Assembly: GCF_009914755.1 (NCBI RefSeq)
Contig: NC_060930.1
Length of the DNA stretch: 64,000 nucleotides
Direction: 5' to 3' (one strand)
From: the human T2T-CHM13v2.0 reference genome, Homo sapiens
Positions within the stretch are counted from its first letter, which is position 1; every line of letters begins with the position of its first letter. The notes below the pieces were generated by a model. The model saw only the letters and a list, made by a program, of their open reading frames with translations, was not told the DNA's origin and made no database searches. The position numbers and the translations under genes are program-made. Positions 26,006 through 40,650 of this stretch are shown here, piece by piece.

Positions 26006-27559
26006 GTACATAGCTGCATGATTAGGATTGGTTCATGGCTGGAGCTAGACTGTGGAAAGTGGAGCCTAGGTTAGATGGCATTAATTAGTTATTTCTCCTG
26101 TGAGAGAGAGACAGGAATGAATAGGCAAGTTACTAACATAGCAAGTACCCTACCCACTGAGTTCTTAGTTGAACTTGATTTTTAATTTTTTTTTAAGAAA
26201 AATTAAGCAGAATTTCAGGCTCTGGAAGGGGACCTCTTCGAAATTAGTTACTTTAAGAAACCCCATATACACTGCATATGTGATAATTCAGAAATTCTAT
26301 TATGGAAAAAATTAGTCCTGCTAATATATTAAAGGCAATTAAATTGCAATTTGGCAATAAAGCTTAAATAAACAAGCAAAAAAGGCACATATAAAATGAA
26401 CAAAATTTTCAGGCCTCACTTCATGTTGAAAAAGATTTTTCCATGCTTCCATTACACATTTATTAATTAGAAACACATTAGTAGCTGAGAATTGAAGTGA
26501 GCTTATACTAGACAGACACTCTAAGCCCAATAGCATAAACTCATGTTGCAGAAATAAAAATGTGTCTTTATAAACATCCATGAAGCATTAACCTCAAATT
26601 CTACAAACTAGCAACACAATGTGGAACGTTTTTAAATGTAAGCCAAGCAAAACAGCCAAATCAGGATTCACCTCTTCTCTAAACAAAGATGAAAAAGTGA
26701 ACCACGTGCCATAGCTGTTCTCTTTTGTATATATATGCTCAAACAGTGCTTTTCAAACAGTTACCTGTGAATGAATATTTGATATCATCTTATTCTCACC
26801 CTTAATGAAGACTTAATGGAAATATTTAATAGCATGCATAAATCATCATATCTCAGTGCATTCTCACAATGACTCCATGAGGTAAGTATTATTTAAAGCT
26901 TTGAGAGGATAACCAAGTTGTCCAAGGATGAAACTAGGGCTCATATTTTGATCTCATAACTCTAAATACAACATTATTTTTAATAAACACATTAATAGGT
27001 TCTCTTTCTTTAGTGAATAGGGGTTTTAATTCCAAAGAACTGTTTTCTTTCCTTTTCTTCTCTTTAAAAATCTTCATCTTTGATCTTTATCTTTTCAAGC
27101 TCAAACATTAGGACACAAAATCTCTTCTTCCAGCTAGACACTAATATGCTCATTTAATTCTCAAACATTTATTAAGTTTCAACCATGCTCCTGTGTGGGG
27201 GTGAGTAGACAGGTCACCTGGCCCTATACTCATTCTATTAATATTAGAAGATCATGTTGAACATGTATACATTGCCACACAATAAGCCTATAAAAAGTTG
27301 ACATGCAGTAATAAGATGGAATTAACCAATTTAAGTAAACCAGCTAGTTGCCCCTTCCCAACAGGCAGGATCTAGGGAAACTGGATTGAGTCCAGACCTC
27401 AGACTTGAACTTGCTTTGGGCTACAGTATATGAAAATAGGACTCAGCAGAATCTTAGGTGGAACTGTGAAACAAAGATGAGCAGAACATTTTATTGGGGC
27501 ATGCTGTCAAGCTATGGGAGTTGTAAAGAGGCAAGCTGGACATGTTTGAGCAAAAATGA

Positions 27560-27975
27560 TCAGGAGACATGAGGCAAGAACAAATAGAATGCAAGAAGAA
27601 ACAGATGAATCTACTATTATGATTATAGACTTCAATACCCCTCTATCAATAATGGATAGATCCAGGCAGGAAATTAGTAAGGATATTGTTGAACTCAACA
27701 CCACGACCAATTAACCGGATATAATGGACATTATTAAACTACTTCATCTAATAACAGCATACTACACATTCTTCTCAAGCTCATATGGAAAATTCACCAA
27801 GAATAAACTACACACTGAACCATAAAACACACATAAACAAAATTAAAATAATAGAAATAATATTGTATATGCTCTCAGACCACAATAGAATTAAACTAGA
27901 AATCAATAGCCAAAAGATAGTTGGAATATCCCTAAATACTTGGAGATTAAACAATACACTACTAAATAACACAGA
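27560..27975 (+). mobile_element. Old L1M ORF2 endonuclease-region fragment
   Basis: Decayed EN homology; ORF track gives LSDHNRIKLEIN...WRLNNTLLNN. Confidence 0.85.
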
Positions 27976-28275
27976 GGTTCCTCAAAAAATTAAAAATAGA
28001 ACTACCATATGATCTAGCAATTGATTTTCTGGGTATATACCCAAAATAATCGGAATCAGGATCTCAAAGAAATATGTGTACTTCCATGTTCATTGCATTA
28101 TTACACAATAGCCAAGATACAGAAACAACTCAAATGTTCATTGATGGGAAAAATAATAAAGAAAATGTGGTATATACATGCAATGGAATAGTATTCAGTC
28201 TTTAGAAGAAAGAAATCTTGCCATATACATCAACATGGATAAACCTGGAAGATACTAACCTAAATAAAATAAGCC
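27976..28275 (+). mobile_element. L1MA9/L1MB1-like 3' fragment, broken at ...aataagcc
   Basis: gaggttcctcaaaaaattaaaaatagaactaccatatgatc...acatggataaacctggaaga...aaataagcc. Confidence 0.8.
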
Positions 28276-28647
28276 GCAAGATATCCAAATAGGAACAGCT
28301 CCGGTCTACAGCTCCCAGCGTGAGCGACGCAGAAGACGGGTGACTTCTGCATTTCCATCTGAGCTTTGAAGAGAGCAGTGGTTCTCCCAGCACGCAGCTG
28401 GAGATCTGAGAACGGGCAGACTGCTTTCTCAAGTGGGTCCCTGATCCCTGACACCCGAGCAGCCTAACTGGGAGGAACCCCCCAGCAGGGGCAGACTGAC
28501 ACCTCACATGGCCCAGTACTCCAACAGACCTGCAGCTGAGGGCCCTGTCTGTTAGAAGGAAAACTAACAAACAGAAAGGACATCCACACCAAAAACCCAT
28601 TTGTACATCACCATCATCAAAGACCAAAAGTAGATTAAACCACAAAG

Positions 28648-29605
28648 ATGGGGAAAAACAGAGCAGAAAAACTGGAAACTCTAAAAAGCAGAGCACCTCT
28701 CCTCCTCCAAAGGAACACAGTTCATCATCAGTAATGGAACAAAGCTGGACGGAGAATGACTTTGACGAGCTGAGAGAAGAAGGCTTCAGATGATCAAATT
28801 ACTCTGAGCTACGGGAGGACATTCAAACCAAAGGAAAAGAAGTTGAAAACTTTTTAAAAAATTTAGAAGAATGTGTAACTAGAATAACCAATACAGAGAA
28901 GTGCTTAAAGGAGCTGGTGGAGCTGAAAACCAAGGCTCAAGAACTACGTGAAGAATGCAGAAGCCTCAGGAGCCGATGCGATCAACTGGACGAAAGGGTA
29001 TCAGCAATGGAAGATGAAATGAATGAAATGAAGTGAGAAGGGAAGTTTAGAGAAAAAAGAATAAAAAGAAAAGAGCAAAGCCTCCAAGAAATATGGGACT
29101 ACGTGAAAAGACCAAATCTACGTCTGATTGGTGTACCTGAAAGTGACGGGGAGAATGGAACCAGGCCAACATTCAGATTCAGGAAATACAGAGAACACCA
29201 CAAAGATACTCCTCGAGAAGAGCAACTCCAAGACGCATAATTGTCAGATTCACAAAAGTTGAAATGAAGGAAAAAATGTTAAGGGCAGCCAGAGAGAAAG
29301 GTCGGGTTACCCTCCAAGGGAAGCCCATCAGACTAACAGCGGATCTTTCAGCAGAAACTCTACAAGCCACAAGAGAGTGGGGGCCAATATTCAACATTCT
29401 TCAACAGAAGAATTTTCAACCCAGAATTTCATATCCAGCCAAACGAAGCTTCATAAGTGAAGGAGAAATAAAATCCTTTACAGACAAGCAAATGCTGAGA
29501 GATTTTGTCACCACCAGGCCTGCCCTAAAAGAGCTCCTGAAGGAAGCGCTAAACATGGAAAGGAACAACCGGAACCAGCCACTGCAAAATCATGCCAAAA
29601 TGTAA
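28648..29605 (+). pseudogene. L1 ORF1 (RNA-binding protein), disrupted
   Basis: ATG at 28648 with one A missing in codons 3-4; TGA at 28791 and 29034 (CpG decay); ~58-nt deletion at 29163/4; C-terminal 113 aa MKEKMLRAAREKG...QNHAKM recognisable. Confidence 0.92.
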
Positions 29606-29653
29606 AGACCATTGAGACTAGGAAGAAACTGCATCAACTAATGAGCAAAATAA

Positions 29654-32953
<3,300 letters not shown>

Positions 32954-33713
32954 TGATCACTGGCCATCAGAGAAATGCAAATCAAAACAAAATGAGATAC
33001 CATTTCACACCGGTTAGAATGCTGATCATTAAAAAGTCAGGAAACAACAGGTGCTGGAGAGGATGTGGAGAAATAGGAACACTTTTACAGTGTTGGTGGG
33101 ACTGTAAGCTAGTTCAACCATTGTGGAAGTCAGTGTGGCGATTCCTCAGGGATCTAGAACTAGAAATACCAATTGACCCAGCCATCCCATTACTGGGTAT
33201 ATACCCAAAGGACTATAAATCATGCTGCTATTAGGACACATGCACACGTATATTTATTGCGGCACTATGCACAATAGCAAAGACTTGGAACCAACCCAAA
33301 TGTCCAACAACGATAGACTGGATTAAGAAAATGTGGCACATATACAGCATGGAATACTATGCAGCCATAAAAAATGATGAGTTCATGTCCTTTGTAGGGA
33401 CATGGATGAAATTGGAAATCATCATTCTCAGTAAACTTTCGCAAGGACAAAAAACCAAACACCGCATGTTCTCACTCATAGATGGGAATTGAACAATGAG
33501 AACACGTGGACACAGGAAGGGGAACATCTCACTCTGGGGACTGTTGTGGGGTGGGGGGAGGGGGGAGGGATAACATTAGGAGATATACCTAATGTTAAAT
33601 GACGAGTTAATGGGTGCAGCACACCAGCATGGCACATGTATACATATGTAACTAACCTGCACATTGTGCACATGTACCCTAAAACTTAAAGTATAATAAT
33701 AATAAAATAAAAT

Positions 33714-34027
33714 AAAAACATTACACAAGTAAAAGAAGCCAGTGGCAGAAGGCCACAGGCCACATGAACCCAGTTATATGCAATGTCCATCAAATCAGAA
33801 AGCAGATCTGTGGACGCCGAGGATGGGGAGTGGGGGAAGAGAGGGGCTGACTGCTAATGGGTACAGCGTTTCTTTTTTGCATGTTAGAAATGTTCTAAAT
33901 GTTCTAAAATTAGATTATGGTGACGGTTTTATAACTCTGTAAATACACTAAAAATCACTGAATTTTATACTTTAAATGCATGAACTTAATGATATGTAAA
34001 TTATTTCAATAAAGCTTTAAAAAAAAA
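33714..34027 (+). mobile_element. L1MB5-8-like 3' end
   Basis: aaaacattacacaagtaaaagaagccag...gactgctaatgggtac...aataaagctttaaaaaaaaa. Confidence 0.85.
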
Positions 34028-37000
34028 CGAGGATTTTGAATTAATCCAATCAGACAAAGACAGAGAAAAAAGAATTTTCAAAAATGAACAAAACCTTCAA
34101 GGATTTGGGGATTACGTTAAATGGCCAAACCTAAGAATAATTGGTGTTCCTGGAAAAGAAGAGAAATCTAAAACTTTGGAAAACATATCTGAGGTAATAA
34201 GCCAGGAAAACTTCCCTACCTTGCTACAGAGCTAGACACCCAAATAAAAGAAGTTCAAAGAATACCTGGGAAATTCATTACAAAAAGATCATCACCTAGA
34301 CAAATAGTCTTCAGGTTATCTAAAGTCAAGATGAAGGAAAGAATCTTAAGAGCTTTCAGGCAAAAGCATCAGGCGACCTATAGAGGAAAACCTATCAGAT
34401 TAACAGCAGATTTCTCAGCAGAAACACTACAAGCGAGAAGGGATTGGGGTCTTATTGTAGCCTCCTTAAACAAAATAATTGTCAGCTAAGAATTTTGTAT
34501 CCACCAAACTTATCTTCATAAATGAAGGAGAGGTAGTCTTTTTCAGACAAATGCTGAAAGAATTCACCACTACCAAGCCAGCACTACAAGAAATGCTAAA
34601 GGGAGTTCTAAACCTTGAAACAAAACCTTAAAATACACCAAAACAGAACGTCCTTACAGCATAAATCTTACATGCTTTATAGCCTATAAAAGAATAACAC
34701 AATGAAAAAAGCCCAAGGCATTCAGGCAACAACTAGCATGATGAATAAAACAGTACTTCATATCTCAATACTAATGTTGAATACAAATGGCCTAAATGCT
34801 CCACTTAAAAGATATAGAAAGGTAAAATGGATACAAATCCACCAACCAAGTATCTGCTGTCTTCAAGAGACTCACCTAATGCATAAGGACTCATATAAAC
34901 TTCAGGTGAAGGGGTGGAAAAAGATATTCCATGCAAATGGACATTAAAAGTGAGCAGGAGTATCTGTTCTTATACCAGACAAAACAGACTTTAAAGCAAC
35001 AACGGTTTAAAAAGATAAAGACAGATAATAATAAAAGGATCAGTCTAACAGGAGAATATTACAACCCTAAATATATATGAACCTAACACAGGAGCCCCCA
35101 AATTTATAAAACAATTATTACTAGACATAGGAAATGAGACAGACAACAACACAATAATAGTAGGGGACTTCAATACTTCATTGACAGCACTAGACAGGTC
35201 ATCAAGACAGAAAGTCAAAAAAGAAGCAGTGGACTTGAACTATACCCTAGAACAAATGAACTTAACAGATATTTACAGAACATTCTACCCAACAATTGCA
35301 GAATATACATTTTTTCATCAGCACATGGAATATTCTCCAAGACAGACCATATGATAGGCCACAAAACAAATCTCAACAAATGTAGGAAAATCAAAATTAT
35401 ATTAAGTACCTTCTCAGATCACAGTGGAATAAAAGGGGAAATCAATTCCAAAAGGAATCCTCAAAACTATATAAAAACATGGAAATTAAATAATCTACTC
35501 TTGAATGATCTTTGGGTCAACAATGAAATCAATATGGAAATTAAAAAATTATTTGAACTGAACAATAATAGTGACACAATTAGAACACAGCAAAAGTGGT
35601 GCTAAGAGAAAAGTTTATAGCATCAAATGCCTAATCACAAATCCGAAAGAGCACAAATAGACAATTTAGATTGCTAAGGTTACATCTCAAGGAACTAGAG
35701 AAACAAGAACAAACCAAACCCACATCCAGCAGAAGAAAGTAAATAACAAAGGTCAGAGCACAACTAAATGAAATTGAAACAACAGCAACAACAACAAAAA
35801 TACAAAAGATAAATAAAACAAAAAGGTGGTTCTCTGAAAAGATAAACAAAATTGATAGACCATTAGCAAGATTAACCAATAAAAGATCCAAATTAGTTCA
35901 ATTAGAAACAAAATAGGAGATATTACAACCAATATCACAGAGATACAAAATATCATTCAAGGCTACCATGAATGCCTTTACACACACCAGCTAGATCTAG
36001 AGGAGACAGATAAATTCCTGGAAATATATAATCCTCCTAGATTAAATCAGGAAGAAATAGAAACTCTGAGCAGACCAATAACAAGTAGCCAAATTGAAAC
36101 AGTAATTTTAAAATTGCTAACAAAAAAAAGTCCAGGACCAGATGGTTTCACAGCTGAATTCTATCAGGAATTAAAAAAAGAATTGGTAGCAATCTTACTG
36201 AAACTATTCCAAAAGACAGAGAAACAGGAAATCCTTTAAATCATTATATGAAGCCAGTATTACCCTAATACCAAAACCAGGAAAGGACATAACAAAAAAA
36301 GAAAACTACGTACCAATATCCCTGGTGAACATAGATGCAAAAATCCTCAACAAAATACTAGCTAACCAAATCCAATAGCATATCAAAAAGATAATACACC
36401 ATGATCAAGTGGGTTTTATACCAGGGATGCAGGGATGGTTTAACATAGGCAAGTGAGTACATGTGATATATCACATAAACAGAATTAAAAACAAAAATCA
36501 TATGATCATCTCAATAGATGCAGAAAAAGCATTTGACAACATCCAGCATCTCTTTATGATTAAAACCCTCAGAAAAATCTGTATAGAAGGGACATATTTC
36601 AAGGTAATAAAAGCCATCTATAATAAACCCACAACCAACATTATACTGAACGGGGAAAAGTTGAAAGCATTCACCCGGAGAACTGGAAAAAGACAAGGAT
36701 GCCCACTTTCACCACTTCTATTCAACATAGGACTGGAAGTCCTAGCCAGAGCAATCAGACAAGAGAGAGAAATAAAGGGCATCCAAATCAGTAAAGAGGA
36801 AGTCAAACTGTCACTGTTAACTGATGGTATGATCGTATACCTGGAAAACCCTAAAGACTCATCCAAAAAGCTCCTAGATCTGATAAATGAATTCCATAAT
36901 GTTTCAGGATAAAGAATTAAGGTACACAAATCAGTAGCACTGCTATACACCAACAATGATCAAACAGAGAATCAAATCAAGAACTCAACCATTTTTACAA

Positions 37001-38398
37001 CAGCTAAACAAATAAAATACTTAGCAATATACATAACTAAAGAGGTGAAAGCTCTCTACGAAGAAAACTAAAAACACTGCTGAAAGAAATCATAGATGAC
37101 ACAAAAAAATGGAAATACATCCCATACTCATGCATGGGTAGAAACAACACTGTGGAAATGACCATAATGCCAAAAGCAATCTACAAATTCAATGCAATTT
37201 GCCTCAAAATATCATCATCATTCTTCACAAAACTAGAAAAAAAATCCTAAAATTCATATGGAACCCAAAAAGAGCCCACACAGCCAAAGCAAGACTAAGC
37301 AAAAAGAACAAATCTGGAGGCATCACATTACCTAACTTCAAACTATGCTAAAAGAATATAGTTACCAAAAACAGCATGGTACTCATATAAAAACAGCATG
37401 GTACTGGTATAAAAACAGGCATGTAAACCAACAGAACAGAATAGAGAATCCAGAAACAAAGCCAAACACTTACAGCCAACTGATTGTCGACAAAACAAAC
37501 CAAAATATAAAGTTGAAAAAGGCTGCCCTATTCAACAAATGGTGCTGGGATAATTGGCACAAATAGAGGAATGAAGCTGGATCCTCATCTCTCACCTTAT
37601 ATAAAAATCAACTCAAGATGGGTCAAAGACTTGAACCTAAGACCTGAAACCTTAAAAATTCTAGAAGATAACATCAGAAAAACTCTTCTAGACATTGGCT
37701 TAGGCAAAGACTTCATGACCAAGAACCCAAAAGTAAATGCAACAAAAACAAAGAAAATAGATGGGACCTAATTAAGTTTAAGTTTCTGTAGAGCAAAATA
37801 AATAATCAGCAGAGTAAACAGACAACCTACAGAGTGGGAGGAAATATTTGAAAACTATGCATCTAAAGAAGAACTAATATCCATAATCTACAAAGAACTC
37901 AAATAGATCAGCAAGAAAAAAGGAAATAATCCCCATCAAAAAGTGGGCAAAAGATATGAATAGACAATTCTCAGAAGAAGATATACAAATGGCCAACAAA
38001 CATGAAAAAATGCTCAATATCACTAATTAACAGGGGAAATGCAAATAAAAAACACAATGAGATAGCACCTTACTCCTGCAAGGATGGCCAAAATTTAAAA
38101 ATAAAAAAAATTGATGTTGACATGAATGTGGTGAAAGGGAACACTTTTACACTACTGGTGGGAATGTAAACTCGTACAACCACTATGGAAAACAGCATGG
38201 AGATTCCTTAAAGAATTAAAAGTAGATCTACCATTTGATCCAGTAATCCCACTACTGGGTATTTACCCAGAGGAAAAGACATCATTACAAGAAAAAGACA
38301 CTTGCACACACATGTTTATAGAGCACAATTCACAATTGCAAAAATATAGAAACAGCCTAAATGCCCATCAACCAATGAGTGGATAAAGAAAATGTGAT

Positions 38399-38444
<46 letters not shown>
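38399..38444. repeat. (AC)11(AT)12 compound microsatellite within L1PB
   Basis: Read directly from the sequence. Confidence 0.95.
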
Positions 38445-38562
38445 TATGGAATACTACTCAGCCATAAAAAGGAACAAAATAATGGCATTCACACAACCTG
38501 GATGGAGTCCAAGTCCATTATTCTGCTAAGTGAATTAACTCAGGAATGGAAAACCAAACATC

Positions 38563-38782
38563 CAACCTCAGCCTCCCGTGTTCAAGCAATTCTCCTGCCT
38601 CAGCCTCCTGAGTAGCTGGGACTACAGGTGCATGCCACCATGCCCAGCTAATTTTTGTACTTTTAGTAGAGACAGGGTTTCACCATGTTGGCCAGGATGG
38701 TCTCGATCTCTTGACCTCATGATCCGCCCACCTCAGCCTCCCAAAATGCTGGGATTACAGGCATGAACCACTGCACCCAGCC
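38563..38782 (-). mobile_element. AluSc-like fragment lacking its 3' end and tail
   Basis: caacctcagcctcc...ggccaggatggtctcgatctcttgacctcatgatcc...ccactgcacccagcc. Confidence 0.93.
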
Positions 38783-39048
38783 ATTTTGTTTTGTTTTGTT
38801 TTCACTTATAAGCAGGAGCTAAGCTACGAGGACTCAGACATAAGAATGATATAATGGATTTTGGGGACTCGGGGAAGTGTGGGAGGGGAGTGAGGGATAA
38901 AAGACTACATACTGGGTACAGTGTACACTGCTCAGGTGATGGGTGCACCAAAATCTCAGAAATCACCACTAAATAACTTTTCCATGCAATGAAACACAGC
39001 CTGCTCCCGCAAAACTATTGAAATATAAATAAATAAATAAATAAATAA

Positions 39049-40170
39049 CACTATGCATCTATTAGAATGGCTAAAATCCAAAACTCTGACAACGCGGAAG
39101 TGCTGACAAGGATATGGACTAACAGGAACTTTCATTCATTCCTGGTGGGAATGCAAAATGGGAAAGTCACTTAGAATACAGTTTAGCAGTTTCTTACAAA
39201 GCTCAACACATTCTTACCAATGACCCACAAGTCATGCTCCTTGATTTACCTAAATGAGTTGAAAACTTATGTCTAGATAACCCATACATGGATATTTGTA
39301 GGAGCTTTATTTGTACAGGTTGAGATTCTCATATCTGAAATGCTTGGGACCAAAAGTGTTTCAGATTTTGAATGTTTTCAGGTTTTGGAATATTTGTATA
39401 TACATAATAAAATATCTTAGGGATGGGGCCCAAGTCTCAACATGACATTTCTTTATGTTTTATATTTACCTTATATATACATGTTATATATATAGCCTGA
39501 AGGTAAGTGATAGAATATTTTTAATAATTTTGTGCATGAAACAAAGTTTGTATACATTAAGCCATCAGAAAGCGAATATATCACTATCTCAGCACTTATG
39601 TAGACAATCTGTGGCTGTTTGGCATCACCATCATTCCTGACTCTGAATTTATAGCTACCAATAAACAATCATTTTCTCATATTTATTCACATGTAAGTAC
39701 TTAACAGTAAAAAAAAGACATATCATTAATATAGTAAAAAAATGTGTTCAGGATAACTAAGCAGCATAGTAGCATCATTAGGATACTTGTATCAGCTGTT
39801 AAACAACAGCAGGAACTAACAATGGCACGTGAGTTCAGGTGTGGAATTTTCCACTTGTGGCATCATGTTGGTGCTCAAAAAGTTTTGGATTTTGAAACAT
39901 TTTGGATTTCAGATTTTCTGACTACAGATGCTTAGCCCATAATTAACAAAACTTGGAAGTAACCAAGATGTCCTTCAATAGGTGAATAGTCGAACAAACT
40001 GTGGTATATCCCAACAGTGGAATTTATTCAGCACAAAGAAGAAATATGCGGTCTAGTTATGAAAAGAGACAGAAGAACTTTAAACGCATGTTGTTATGTG
40101 AAAGAAGCCAATCTGAAAAGGTCAACATTCTGTATGATTCCAAGTATATAACATTCTGAAAAAGGCTTAG
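39049..40170 (+). mobile_element. L1MC-like 3' region, interrupted by a Tigger element
   Basis: ctattagaatggctaaaatccaaaac...gagttgaaaacttatgtc...[Tigger]...aaccaagatgtccttcaataggtgaat...gaaagaagccaatctgaaaagg. Confidence 0.85.
39316..39938. mobile_element. Tigger4/MER46 (Zombi)-like TcMar DNA transposon
   Basis: ta|caggttgag...tctgaaatgcttgggacc...ttttggatttcagattttc...gatgcttagccca|ta; TA target duplication. Confidence 0.85.
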
Positions 40171-40199
40171 TAATACAAACTACCAGACTTATGAAAGAT

Positions 40200-40650
40200 T
40201 GAACCATAGAAAGGCACAATACCTAGACAAAAGAAATAATCCAAGGCTGCCGAGAAAAGGGCCTGACATGTCCAAGTTGCAGGAAAGGATATTGGGAGAA
40301 GAATAAACTAGTTCTGATGAGTGATTATTTATGGGATAGGTGGGAACAGGGAGAAGTCAACAGTGACCTCAAGGTTCCCTATTGGCGGTACAGAAAAACA
40401 GGGGACATGTATCCCTCAGAACCAGGACAAGTTAGGAGAGGACAAGCAGTTCTTGATGGAAGGTGGTGAGTTAGGTTCATCCAGGCTGCATTTTAGTTTC
40501 CAAGTAGAAACATCCAGTGAATAATTTTGAATGTGTGACAGACACTCAGAAGAGAGATTGAGATACACAGTTGAAAGCCATCTGCTTTAAGCTGTTAGAA
40601 GACATAAGCACCAATGAGATCCAGAGGTATAGAGCAGACAGAAAAGCAAA
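40200..40650 (-). mobile_element. L2 fragment
   Basis: gagaagtcaacagtgacctcaaggtt...gtagaaacatccagtg...ttgaaagccatctgc. Confidence 0.55.

Larger units (their letters stand above)
34027..39048 (+). mobile_element. L1PB (PB1-like), 5'-truncated within ORF1, ORFs decayed
   Basis: ORF1/ORF2 fragments ([17 protein letters not shown]); L1PB 3' end gggtacagtgtacactgctcaggtgatgggtgcaccaaaatctcagaaatcaccact; (AAAT)n tail. Confidence 0.92.

Noticed and set aside
28202-28696. 164-aa minus-strand ORF over the L1 5' UTR (possible ORF0)
   Set aside because: The ORF0 region and antisense promoter lie in the spliced-out intron; this ORF has a non-ATG start and runs across the junction by chance.
33536-33568. 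G-quadruplex-like G-tract
   Set aside because: Standard feature of the L1PA 3' UTR.
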